This document shows positions 9,171 to 18,231 of a stretch of DNA of 51,439 bases, one piece after another. A program made the translations under genes and the position numbers. The stretch lies in contig CAUZFM010000003.1 of the NCBI GenBank assembly GCA_963579235.1, forward strand, positions 1 to 51,439, given 5' to 3'. Source of the stretch: an uncultured Candidatus Binatia bacterium. Its GTDB lineage: Bacteria; Desulfobacterota; Binatia; UBA1149. Position 1 is the stretch's first letter, and every line of letters starts with the position of its first letter. The notes beneath the pieces are model-generated. The model saw nothing but the letters and a program-made list of their open reading frames with translations, made no database searches and was not told the origin of the DNA.

Positions 9171-9761
9171 ATGGCCGGTATGTCGTTGGATATTGACGTA
9201 GTCGCCGTGCACGACCGTGCCCTGGGCCAGTGGTACGGGCCCGCCGGTGCCCCGGGTGAGCTTGTCCCGGGCGAGGAACTGCTTTCGCTGGTGCTGGCCC
9301 AGCACAGCTGCAACTTCGGACTGTGGAACCTCGAGGACGAGGCCCGCCGTCGCGACGTTGACGATTCGGTGATCGCCGAAGTAAAACGGCAGATTGATGG
9401 CTGGAATCAGCGCCGAAACGATGGCGTGGAGCTGATAGACGAATTTCTCCTGGCCGAGCTGGCCGACTCCCTGGAGGCCTCGGCACCCCTGCACTCCGAG
9501 ACCGCCGGCATGATGATAGACCGCCTGTCGATACTGTCGTTGAAGATCCACCACATGGGCCTTAACGCGGCCCGCGATGACGACCCGGAGCTTGCCCGCG
9601 AGTGTGCCGGCAAGTTGGAAGTGCTCGTAATACAGCGCGCCGATCTCGCCGACTGCCTGCAGAAGTTGCTCAGTGATTGTCGGCTGGGGCGCCGCAGGTT
9701 TCAGCTCTACCGCCAGTACAAGGCATACAACGACGAGCGCTTGAACCCCGCACTGCGCTGA
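9171..9761 (+). CDS. DUF4254 domain-containing protein
   Basis: NFGLWNLEDEARR, KRQIDGWNQRRNDGVELID, HSETAGMMIDRLSILSLKIHHM and YRQYKAYND motifs typical of this family. Confidence 0.8.
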   Translation: MAGMSLDIDVVAVHDRALGQWYGPAGAPGELVPGEELLSLVLAQHSCNFGLWNLEDEARRRDVDDSVIAEVKRQIDGWNQRRNDGVELIDEFLLAELADSLEASAPLHSETAGMMIDRLSILSLKIHHMGLNAARDDDPELARECAGKLEVLVIQRADLADCLQKLLSDCRLGRRRFQLYRQYKAYNDERLNPALR

Positions 9762-9763
9762 AC

Positions 9764-10240
9764 TCAGCCCGCTTGCAGGCTGTCTTCGGCGCTGGCCAGT
9801 TGACGAGAGATTTCACGAGCGTGCAGCTGCGCGTTTATGCGGTTCATTAGCTCGTGGTGGGTAAACGGCTTGCAGAGAAACTCGCTCACGCCCAGTTTCA
9901 TACCGGCCGAGCGCGTGGCCACGTCGTCGCAGCCGGTCAGCAGGATGATGGGGATGCTCGCTGTACGCTGCTTGCCGCGCAGGTGGCGACAGGCTTCGAG
10001 TCCGGTCATTCGTGGCATCATCACATCCATTACCACCACCTCGACGTCGTCGCGCGAGTCGAGAACCTCGAGTGCCTCCATGCCGTCGGCCGCAGTAATC
10101 ATGTAGAATCCACGCCGCGACAGAAGTTTTACGACCGCTTCCATGGCCGATGCGTCGTCGTCGACGACCAGGATAACCGGGTAATCTTCGGGGTTCGGGG
10201 CGGGCTGCTTCACGTCAGCGGGGTAAGTTTCCTCTTTCAT
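9764..10240 (-). CDS. Stand-alone response regulator receiver protein
   Basis: ILVVDDD, DVMMPRMTG, IILLTG and KPF motifs; only a short helical tail, no output domain. Confidence 0.9.
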   Translation of the reverse strand: MKEETYPADVKQPAPNPEDYPVILVVDDDASAMEAVVKLLSRRGFYMITAADGMEALEVLDSRDDVEVVVMDVMMPRMTGLEACRHLRGKQRTASIPIILLTGCDDVATRSAGMKLGVSEFLCKPFTHHELMNRINAQLHAREISRQLASAEDSLQAG

Positions 10241-10248
10241 CGTCTTCC

Positions 10249-11241
10249 TCAGTAAGCGTAGCTGGTTGGAGCTTCGTAGTTTTCTTCGCGGTTGCGTCGG
10301 AGCTTGGCCACCAGGGTGGTCCGCTTGAGTCCGAGCAAGCGAGCAGCGGCCTGCTTGTTGCCGTTGGTGCGCCGCAGGGCCTCGTCGATGAGCCTGTTCT
10401 CAAACTCGTTGACGGCCGCGTTAAGATCGAGCCCGTCGTCGTTGAGCTGCGTTCGCGGAATCTTTTTCTGCGGCAGGAAGGCCGAGATGTTGCCGGGCAG
10501 GTCGGCGGGCTTCACCATGGGCGAATCGGCTAGTACCGAAAGGCGTTCGATGGTGTTTTCGAGCTCGCGCACGTTACCCGGCCAGTCGTATTCCCACAGC
10601 AGCACCATGGCTTCTTCGGAAATAGTCAGCGGGTAAGGCCGCGCCTCGTTGTGGATGCGCAGGAAATGCTCAATGAGTATGGGTATGTCCGAGCGACGCT
10701 CGCGCAGGGGAGCGATGGTCACCGGTATGACCTGCAGGCGGTAGTAAAGGTCCTCGCGGAAGCGGCCTTCCTCGACCTCGCGGGTCAGGTTCTTGTTGGT
10801 GGCCGCGACTACCCTGACGTCGACCTTGAAGGGCATGTCGGCGCCGACCGGCCGAATCTCGCGATCCTGCAGCACTCGCAGCAGCTTGACCTGCAACAGC
10901 GGGTCCATCTCGCCGATTTCGTCCAGGAAAATCGTGCCCCCATGGGCCATTTGAAACATGCCCGGCCTTTGCCCTACGGCACCGGTAAACGAGCCCTTCT
11001 GGTGCCCGAACATCTCCGACTCGAGCAATCCGCCGGGGATCGTGCCGCAGTTGATGGCCACGAATGGCTTGTCGGCGCGCGGGCTGAGGGCGTGCAGGCG
11101 CGCAGCAACCAGCTCCTTGCCGGTGCCGCTTTCGCCGCTTATGAGCACCGTGGCGTCGGTGCGACCCACCTTGCCCAGCAGGTGATGCAGCTGCTGCATG
11201 AGCGGATGCGTACCTATGATTTCGTTCTTGTCTTCGTTCAT
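10249..11241 (-). CDS. Sigma-54-dependent transcriptional activator (AAA+ plus Fis-type HTH, no N-terminal regulatory domain)
   Basis: GESGTGKE Walker A, GSFTGA loop, FLDEIGE Walker B, WPGNVREL and C-terminal HTH ([16 protein letters not shown]). The AAA domain begins about 8 residues after the Met. Confidence 0.92.
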   Translation of the reverse strand: MNEDKNEIIGTHPLMQQLHHLLGKVGRTDATVLISGESGTGKELVAARLHALSPRADKPFVAINCGTIPGGLLESEMFGHQKGSFTGAVGQRPGMFQMAHGGTIFLDEIGEMDPLLQVKLLRVLQDREIRPVGADMPFKVDVRVVAATNKNLTREVEEGRFREDLYYRLQVIPVTIAPLRERRSDIPILIEHFLRIHNEARPYPLTISEEAMVLLWEYDWPGNVRELENTIERLSVLADSPMVKPADLPGNISAFLPQKKIPRTQLNDDGLDLNAAVNEFENRLIDEALRRTNGNKQAAARLLGLKRTTLVAKLRRNREENYEAPTSYAY

Positions 11242-11299
11242 GTGGTATTCCCGGTTGTTTCGGTGTTCGCGTTCTCCCGAACGTCAGAATCATCGCTAC

Positions 11300-11315
11300 T
11301 GTTACGAAAGTAACA
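11300..11315. promoter_or_regulatory. Palindrome TGTTAC-gaaa-GTAACA between the sigma-54 activator and rph
   Basis: Perfect 6-bp inverted repeat in a divergent promoter region. Confidence 0.35.
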
Positions 11316-11449
11316 CCCCCATTCGCGTGGCCGCTACCTCAATGTCGCCAAACTTGTGACGGTGTTTGCATACAGACCGCCTATCGTTCGGCAACAGGCC
11401 CCCAGCGGCGATTTGCTCCGCGCCCCAGCCCGTGAAAAAAAGCGGTGAG

Positions 11450-12208
11450 ATGGCAATTAAAAGAGCAGACGGAAGAATCAACGACGAGCTCAGGCCCGTG
11501 AGGATAACCCCGGGCTACCTGGTGTCGCCCGCGGGCTCGGTGCTCATCGAGATGGGCAACACACGCGTCATATGCACGGCGTCGGTAGAAGAAGGCGTGC
11601 CGCGTTTTCTCGAGGGCAAGGGGCGCGGTTGGGTGACGGCCGAGTACGGCATGCTTCCGGCCTCCACCAATACGCGCATGGACCGCGAGGCGGCCCGCGG
11701 CAAGGTCGGCGGTCGCACCATGGAGATACAGCGCCTGATAGGCCGCAGCATAAGGGCGGTGGTCAACATGGAGGCCCTGGGCGAGCGCACCGTGAAGCTC
11801 GATTGTGACGTAATCCAGGCCGACGGAGGCACGCGCACGGCTTCGATAACCGGCGCCTGGGTAGCGTTTTCGCTGGCCTGCCGTGGCCTTTGCGCACAGG
11901 GTCTCGTGGATGGTGATCCGGTGGCGGCCGGAGTGGCGGCCATCAGCGTGGGCGTGGTCGACGGCGAGTGCCGGCTCGACCTGCCTTACGAGGAAGACTC
12001 GCGCGCCGACGTGGACATGAACGTGGTGATGACCTCGTCCGGTGATTTCGTGGAGCTGCAGGGCACGGCCGAGGGCGCGACTTTCGGTCGCGACGACCTC
12101 GACGAGCTCACGGCGCTGGCGTGGAAGGGCGTGCAGGAACTGCTTGTGCTGCAGCGCGAGGCGGTTGAAAGGGGCGCCAGCCTGGCCGCGGGCAAGAACG
12201 ATGGCTGA
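11450..12208 (+). CDS. rph: Ribonuclease PH
   Basis: [50 protein letters not shown] and [15 protein letters not shown] motifs. Confidence 0.97.
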   Translation: MAIKRADGRINDELRPVRITPGYLVSPAGSVLIEMGNTRVICTASVEEGVPRFLEGKGRGWVTAEYGMLPASTNTRMDREAARGKVGGRTMEIQRLIGRSIRAVVNMEALGERTVKLDCDVIQADGGTRTASITGAWVAFSLACRGLCAQGLVDGDPVAAGVAAISVGVVDGECRLDLPYEEDSRADVDMNVVMTSSGDFVELQGTAEGATFGRDDLDELTALAWKGVQELLVLQREAVERGASLAAGKNDG

Positions 12209-12815
12209 TCGGCTGCGTGTTGTCCTGGCCACGGGCAACAAGGGCAAGCTGGCCGACTTCAAGGCACTGCTCAAAGGCAGCGGCATCGAGCTGGTACTGC
12301 CCGAAGCGCTGGGCCTCGAGGTCGACGTGGAAGAAACCGGCACAACCTTTCTCGACAACGCTTTGCTCAAGTCCCGCGCCCTGTGCGAAGCGTCGGGCCT
12401 GCCCACACTGGCCGACGACTCTGGACTGGCCGTAGACGCGCTCGACGGCGCACCGGGTGTCTACTCTGCGAGGTACGCCGGGCCCGAGTGCGACGACGAT
12501 GCCAACAACGCTTGCCTGCTGGCCAACATGGAAGGGGTGGACGACCGATCGGCGGCCTTTGTCTGCGTGCTGGCGCTGTCGTGGCCCGACGGTCGCGAGC
12601 TGACGGCCGACGGCCGTTGCCGGGGTACGATCACCGACAGCCCGCGCGGATCAAACGGCTTTGGCTACGACGTGGTATTTTTTCGCGACGACCTCGGCTG
12701 TACTTTTGCCGAGGCGAGCCCGCAGCAGAAAAACGAGCGCAGCCACCGTGCTGTCGCGGTCGCCGAGCTGCTGGCGTTGCTCGAAGCGGCCCAGCCCGAC
12801 GCCCCTGCCTTGTAA
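12201..12815 (+). CDS. rdgB: dITP/XTP pyrophosphatase (Ham1 family)
   Basis: [29 protein letters not shown] and SHR motifs; follows rph as usual. Confidence 0.95.
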   Translation: MADRLRVVLATGNKGKLADFKALLKGSGIELVLPEALGLEVDVEETGTTFLDNALLKSRALCEASGLPTLADDSGLAVDALDGAPGVYSARYAGPECDDDANNACLLANMEGVDDRSAAFVCVLALSWPDGRELTADGRCRGTITDSPRGSNGFGYDVVFFRDDLGCTFAEASPQQKNERSHRAVAVAELLALLEAAQPDAPAL

Positions 12816-12848
12816 TCAGTCCGGGGGTGTTGAACAATCCGCCTTTCA

Positions 12849-12925
12849 CGGGGTGTGGCGCAGCCTGGTAGCGCACCTGCTTTGGGAGCAGGGGGTCGGA
12901 GGTTCAAATCCTCTCACCCCGACCA
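12849..12925 (+). tRNA. tRNA-Pro(TGG)
   Basis: Cloverleaf CGGGGTG...CACCCCG-ACCA, anticodon loop TTTGGGA, T-loop GGTTCAAATCC. Confidence 0.96.
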
Positions 12926-12972
12926 CTTAACGGCCGGGCCGATTAGAACCCGGTCTATTTGCAGCGCGGTGG

Positions 12973-13049
12973 GCGCCAGTAGCTCATACGGATAGAGCAT
13001 CGGCCTTCTAAGCCGAGGGTAGCAGGTTCGAGTCCTGCCTGGCGCACCA
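12973..13049 (+). tRNA. tRNA-Arg(TCT)
   Basis: GCGCCAG...CTGGCGC-ACCA, anticodon loop CTTCTAA, GGTTCGAGTCC. Confidence 0.96.
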
Positions 13050-13069
13050 GCCCGGGAGCAGTACCGGGG

Positions 13070-13696
13070 TCAGGGTAGCGGCGCGACGGTGACCGTCACC
13101 ACGGGGTCAGGCGCTATGTCTGTGCCCGAATCGTTGACGGCTTCGATGACAGAGGCGCTGAAATCCGCCGAGGTGACAGCCGCCGTCGAACTCAGCCTGC
13201 AGGACGCCAGGGCCGTCGGGGTCGTAAAACCGCTGACGTCTATCCAGGCCAGTGTGACCTTGCCCGGCAGGTTGCGGTTTGCGAGCATCGTGGCGCCCCC
13301 TATCTCAAGGGCCTTGCTGCAGTCGGCCGTCGTACCACTGATTACGTCGAAGGAACCGGTAGGGCCGGTAAAGTTCAACTCGACTGTCATTCCGCCCACC
13401 AGTCCTACGTTATCTACCGACAGGCTCACGTCGTAGCTGGGGGTCGCAAGCGTCGTGCTGGTGCTCGAGGTACTCGACGTGCTGCTCGAAGAGGTCGAGG
13501 AAACACTGGTCGTGGAAACGCTGGTCGTGGTGGAGCTAAGCACCGTGGTGGTTGTAGTGGTGGTTGTCGCTGGGGTTGCCGTGGTGGTGGTCGTTGCGGA
13601 CGGATCAAAAACCGAGCTCGGCGGCGGGCAGGCCGACGCTGACAGCAGGGTCAGTATGGCAAACAGAGCGCTGGGCAGCTTAAAAATGCGAGTCAT
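13070..13696 (-). CDS. Putative lipoprotein with Thr/Ser-rich linker and C-terminal beta-sandwich (cohesin-like) domain
   Basis: Signal peptide ending LSASAC (lipobox-like), a ~55-aa T/S tract, then a beta-strand-rich domain with two Cys. Confidence 0.7.
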   Translation of the reverse strand: MTRIFKLPSALFAILTLLSASACPPPSSVFDPSATTTTTATPATTTTTTTTVLSSTTTSVSTTSVSSTSSSSTSSTSSTSTTLATPSYDVSLSVDNVGLVGGMTVELNFTGPTGSFDVISGTTADCSKALEIGGATMLANRNLPGKVTLAWIDVSGFTTPTALASCRLSSTAAVTSADFSASVIEAVNDSGTDIAPDPVVTVTVAPLP

Positions 13697-13793
13697 GCCG
13701 AACAGTATACCAATTTAACGAGGCTCGTGCCGCCTACTAACCGCGTGCCCGAGCTCAGGCAGGGTGGGGGCCAGTCCCGCAGGGGCGGACTGG

Positions 13794-14954
13794 TCAGTCC
13801 AGCAGTGCTGCCAGGTTATCTCGATGCCGCCCCGCGTCACCGTACAACACCTGGTTGTGACACTGGCGCTTGAAATAGAGGTGCAGGTCGCACTCCCAGG
13901 TGAACCCGATGCCCCCGTGCAGTTGCACAGATCGTCCCGAGCAGAACCCCGCCATGTCCGATGCGGCGGCCTTGGCCATGCGCGCGAGTCGTTCGGCCTG
14001 GGCCGGTTCGCAGTCCACCGCGCAGGCGGCGGCGTACACCAGCGAGCGTGCGCGATCTATGTCGAGCATCATGTTGACGGTGGGGTGTTTCACCGCCTGG
14101 AAGAACCCCAGCGGGTGGTCGAACTGCACGCGCGTGCGCGCGTAGTCGGCGGTGGTCTGCATTTGCCACTCAGCGGCGCCGCACATATCGGCCGCCACTA
14201 TAACCAGCACTGCGGGCAGTGCCGCCATCAAGGCCGCGCTGCCCTGCCCGGGCGTGGCCACCACGCAGTCGGCGTCGAGTTCTACACCGTCAAACTTGAG
14301 TCTCGCCTGGTCGCGGGTGAGGTCCACTATGCGATCGGGCGCAATGATCAGTCCCGGAGCGTCGGCGGCCACGCGGTACAAGCCCACGCCGGCCTCGGCT
14401 CTCGCCGCGACGAGAAACGATCCAGCCTTGCGCGCGTCCTGCACGAAGGTTGCTTCGCCGCTCAGCACCGGCGCGTCGTTGCTGCCCGACGCTTGCACTT
14501 CGTCGCAGTCGACCTGCCAGTCTCCGTCGGCGCGCACGCCCGCGAGTGACACCGCGGCGCCGGCCGCGATCTCACCCAGCAGTGCAGCAGCTCCCGGGCT
14601 ATCGGCTTCGCGGGCTACGCAGCTCGCGATCAGCGTAGCCACCAGCGGCGAGGGCAGGGCCACGCGGCCGGCTTCTTCGGCAACCGCGGCTACGGCTACC
14701 ATCTTCATGCCGGCGCCACCGTTGCTCTCGGGCACCGCCAGCGAGCTCACGCCCAGCTCGACCAGGCCCTGCCAGGTCTGCTCGTTCCACGGGGCCGGGT
14801 TCTCGCCGCTGCCGTATGCTTTTTCGGGGTCACTGGCTACCAGCCCACGCAGGCTTTCTATGCCCGCGTTGTCGGCCAGGTAGCGCGCCACCGAGTCTCG
14901 TACCATCTGTTCTTCTTCGCCGAAGCCGAAGTCCCTGGGTTGGGTAGTTGCCAT
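13794..14954 (-). CDS. Acyl-CoA dehydrogenase (beta-type partner subunit)
   Basis: YARTRVQFDHPLGFFQAVKH and VQLHGGIGFTWECDLHLYFKR motifs; lacks the canonical SEPxAGSD motif. Confidence 0.9.
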   Translation of the reverse strand: MATTQPRDFGFGEEEQMVRDSVARYLADNAGIESLRGLVASDPEKAYGSGENPAPWNEQTWQGLVELGVSSLAVPESNGGAGMKMVAVAAVAEEAGRVALPSPLVATLIASCVAREADSPGAAALLGEIAAGAAVSLAGVRADGDWQVDCDEVQASGSNDAPVLSGEATFVQDARKAGSFLVAARAEAGVGLYRVAADAPGLIIAPDRIVDLTRDQARLKFDGVELDADCVVATPGQGSAALMAALPAVLVIVAADMCGAAEWQMQTTADYARTRVQFDHPLGFFQAVKHPTVNMMLDIDRARSLVYAAACAVDCEPAQAERLARMAKAAASDMAGFCSGRSVQLHGGIGFTWECDLHLYFKRQCHNQVLYGDAGRHRDNLAALLD

Positions 14955-14975
14955 CGTGTGTCTCTCGCTCTCTTG

Positions 14976-16184
14976 TTACTTGGATTTGGCCATGCCAAGC
15001 ACGCGCTCGCCCAGTATGTTGCGTTGCACTTCGCTGGTGCCGGCCGCGATCGTCATGCCGTAGGAGTTCATGTAGGCGCGCACCCACTCGGCTTCGTCGG
15101 GCGCGTTGGGGTCGTCGAGGTATAGCGTCGAAGCCGCGCCCTCGATCTCCATTGCTAGCGCCGACATGTCCTGCAGCAGTTCGGTTATCGTCACCTTGCC
15201 CGCGAGCGGTATGCGCATGGGGTGGTCACACAACGACTCGACGCGACTTCGCCTCACGGTCTGGCGCAAGCCTTCCACCCTGGTGGCGATTGCCATCACG
15301 CGGTCACGGATAACGGGGTCGTCCCAGGCACAGCCGCTGCCGCGCGGGCAACTCCTGGCCAGCGCCAGCAAGGAGTCAAAGCGTTCTTCAATCGACAGGC
15401 CACCGCCGCTTCCCGCTCCCTCGGCGGCCCCACGTTCGTGGGTCAGGGTGGTCATGGCTACCGTCCAACCCTTGCCTACCTCGTCGAGCCTCAGGTTGTC
15501 GGGCACGACGACGTCTTCGAACAAGACCTCGTTGAAACCGGTCTCGCCGGTGATTTTGATCAGGGGCCGCACGGTCACGCCCTCGGTATCGGCGACCGGG
15601 GTGACGAAATAGCTCAGCCCGTTGTACTTATGGTCGTTGCTGGTGCGCAGCAGGATGATCATCCAGCTGGCAAAGTGGGCGAGGCTGGTCCACACCTTGT
15701 GGCCGTTCAGTATCCAGTTGTCGCCGTCGCGCACGGCCGAGGCCTGCACGCTGGCGAGGTCGCTGCCGGCACCCGGTTCGGAAAAGCCCTGGCACCAGAT
15801 TTCTTCGCAAGAGAGCAGCTTGGGCAGGAAGCGGCACTTCTGCTCCTCGGTGCCGTGGTGGAGTATGGTCGGGGCCGCCATGCCCAGCCCGATGACGTTG
15901 AGCAGGTAGGGCACGCGCGCTCGCGACATTTCCTGGTTGGCCACTGCCTGGCATTTCTCGTGGCCGCCGCCGCCGTACTGTTTGGGGTAGTCGGTGCCCA
16001 CCAGGCCGGTCTCCCAGCATTTGTATTGCCAGTCGGCCAGGTACACGCGCTGTTCCTCGGTCATTACCTCGATGGCGCCCTGGGGTAGCCTGAACGAGGG
16101 CGGGGCGGGGCGGTTTTCGTCCAACCACGCCCGGCTATATTTACGAAACTCTGCCTGTTCAGGACTGTCCTTACGTTCTGCCAC
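14976..16184 (-). CDS. Acyl-CoA dehydrogenase (alpha-type subunit)
   Basis: WCQGFSEPGAGSDLA, LNGHKVWTS, FNEVLFEDV, TLTHER and TIAAGTSEVQRNI motifs; GAGGAG Shine-Dalgarno before the GTG start. Confidence 0.93.
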   Translation of the reverse strand: MAERKDSPEQAEFRKYSRAWLDENRPAPPSFRLPQGAIEVMTEEQRVYLADWQYKCWETGLVGTDYPKQYGGGGHEKCQAVANQEMSRARVPYLLNVIGLGMAAPTILHHGTEEQKCRFLPKLLSCEEIWCQGFSEPGAGSDLASVQASAVRDGDNWILNGHKVWTSLAHFASWMIILLRTSNDHKYNGLSYFVTPVADTEGVTVRPLIKITGETGFNEVLFEDVVVPDNLRLDEVGKGWTVAMTTLTHERGAAEGAGSGGGLSIEERFDSLLALARSCPRGSGCAWDDPVIRDRVMAIATRVEGLRQTVRRSRVESLCDHPMRIPLAGKVTITELLQDMSALAMEIEGAASTLYLDDPNAPDEAEWVRAYMNSYGMTIAAGTSEVQRNILGERVLGMAKSK

Positions 16185-16384
16185 GGTGTTGCTCCTCGTT
16201 GTTGCAGGGTGCTTGGACGGCGTCTATTTAGTGACGCTGGTAGCCCACGCTGCGGGGGACTTATTTCTCACAGGCGCCGCGCTGCGGCAACAGTAACGGC
16301 AATACGGCCGGGGTCTCGTCTTCCCGTTTTACAGGAGAGAGCGTTCTGGTTAGCTTTTGACGGGCCCCGTCCGATGGGGCAGGT

Positions 16385-17224
16385 ATGAGCCCGATGAGTA
16401 ACGCGAACGCCCAGCCGCTGCCGCTTACTTTGCTTGTGCTCACCCACAACGAGCAGCACAATATTGCCCGCTGTCTCGACAGCGTGCCCTTCGCCGACGA
16501 AAAACTGGTGGTCGATTCGGGGAGCAGTGATGCGACCTGTGATGTCGCTGTCGAACATGGCGCGCGCGTGGTGCAGCAGGAGTGGCTGGGCTTCGGGGCG
16601 CAGCGCAATTTTGCGAGCGGCCGCGCTGCACATGACTGGATCCTCGTACTGGACGCCGACGAAGCGCTCACACCGGAACTGGCGCTGGAGCTGCAGCAGC
16701 GCTTACCCGGAATGATGTCTTCGGCCTGTGCCGGAGGCATTCTGCGGAGAACGGCCTGGTACATGGGCGCGCCCATGCGATGGTACCGCCCCATGGTGGG
16801 CGAGAAGATCGGCCGCCTGTATCATCGCGACCGCGCGCGCTGGAGCGACGCCCTGGTGCACGAGTCCTTGAGCTTTGAGGGGGCGGTCGAGTGTTTCAGG
16901 CAACCGTTCCTGCACTTTCACAGTCCGTCGCTGGTGCACAAGCAGCTGAAGGTGCTGCGCTATTCGGAGCTCTGGGCTTTGCAGGCAGCCGAGCGCGGGC
17001 GCTCTGCCTCACCGTGGTTTACTCCCCTGGTTTTCGTTGCCACCTTTCTGAAAAACTACTTGCTGCGCCTGGCCCTGCTCGACGGGCGCCGGGGTCTCGC
17101 GGTGTCCTATATCGCTGCCGCCTACGCGGTGTACAAGCGCCTGAGGCTGTACGAAATGGCGCGCAACCCGGACTCCCGGCAAACCGCGGCCGATGAGCTG
17201 GCTCGGCACAAGGTGCGCTTGTGA
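16385..17224 (+). CDS. Glycosyltransferase family 2 (LPS core beta-1,4-glucosyltransferase-like)
   Basis: LTHNEQHNI, VVDSGSSDAT, GFGAQRNFA, WILVLDADE and VHE motifs. Confidence 0.9.
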   Translation: MSPMSNANAQPLPLTLLVLTHNEQHNIARCLDSVPFADEKLVVDSGSSDATCDVAVEHGARVVQQEWLGFGAQRNFASGRAAHDWILVLDADEALTPELALELQQRLPGMMSSACAGGILRRTAWYMGAPMRWYRPMVGEKIGRLYHRDRARWSDALVHESLSFEGAVECFRQPFLHFHSPSLVHKQLKVLRYSELWALQAAERGRSASPWFTPLVFVATFLKNYLLRLALLDGRRGLAVSYIAAAYAVYKRLRLYEMARNPDSRQTAADELARHKVRL

Positions 17225-18231
17225 AGCGCTACCTGCTTTATGCGTCCGAGCGTTACGCCGCGGGAATAATGCGTCCCTTGCAAGTAGCCATACGAAAACG
17301 CGGAGACGAAGCCGCGTGGTTTTTTGACGGCCCTGGCGCTGACGAACTCGCGTCCGACGACCTGGTGTTGCGCAGCATTGGCGAGGTGAACAGCTTTGCG
17401 CCGCTTGCAGTCTTCGCGCCGGGCAACCACGTACCAGGGTTTTTCCCGGGCGTTAAGGTAGCCGTTTTTCATGGCTTCGACGCCGGCAAACCAAAGCATG
17501 TTTACGTCCGGGGTTTTTATGACCTCTACTGCACCACCGGGCCGGGAGACACGGCCGAGTTTAAACGCCTGGCGGCGTCGCTCGGGCACTTCAGCGTCAA
17601 AGAAACCGGCTGGCCCAAGCTCGACCCTTACGCCGGCTTCTCAAGCTCGCGTGTCGGCGACAAACCGGTCGTGCTCTACCACTCGACCTTTTCGCCGTCG
17701 TGGAGCGCGGCGGGCGTACTGTTCGAGCAGGTGAGCCGCATGTCGGCCACGGGGCGCTGGCGCTGGATCGTCTGCCTGCATCCCAAGACCAACAGCGACA
17801 CCGTAGCGCGTTATCGTTCGCTGGTGGGTGAGAACCTCGAGTTCAGCGAGGACGACAACATACTAGACGTGTTTCCTCGTGCCGACGTCATGGTTTCAGA
17901 CACGTCGTCGGCCCTGTCGGAGTTCCTGCTGTGGCAGAAGCCGGTGGTCACATTCAAGAACCGCCGGCCGGGGCCCGAACTTATAGACATCGACGACCCC
18001 GCCGTGCTGGAATCGGCCATAGAGGGGGCGCTGCAACGGCCCGCCGGCTTGATGGCGGCGATAAGGGAATACACCGATGCGATACACCCGGCTCGCGACG
18101 GGCGGGCGAGTGAACGCGTGCTTGCCGCGGTTGATGAGTTCATTGCCGATGGCAGTGACAAGCTGCGAAAAAAACCACTCAACCTCTGGCGCAACTGGAA
18201 GGTTCGTCGGCGGCTGGCCAGGCTGGGCTGA
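17221..18231 (+). CDS. CDP-glycerol glycerophosphotransferase family protein
   Basis: VFHG, TGWPKLD, VLYHSTF, LHPK, ADVMVSDTSS..EF...KPVV and DGRASERV motifs. Confidence 0.8.
   Translation: MKRYLLYASERYAAGIMRPLQVAIRKRGDEAAWFFDGPGADELASDDLVLRSIGEVNSFAPLAVFAPGNHVPGFFPGVKVAVFHGFDAGKPKHVYVRGFYDLYCTTGPGDTAEFKRLAASLGHFSVKETGWPKLDPYAGFSSSRVGDKPVVLYHSTFSPSWSAAGVLFEQVSRMSATGRWRWIVCLHPKTNSDTVARYRSLVGENLEFSEDDNILDVFPRADVMVSDTSSALSEFLLWQKPVVTFKNRRPGPELIDIDDPAVLESAIEGALQRPAGLMAAIREYTDAIHPARDGRASERVLAAVDEFIADGSDKLRKKPLNLWRNWKVRRRLARLG

Noticed and set aside
13440-13600. Thr/Ser codon runs (also 41220-41275) as contingency microsatellites
   Set aside because: The codons are synonymously varied, indicating protein-level low complexity rather than slippage-prone DNA repeats.
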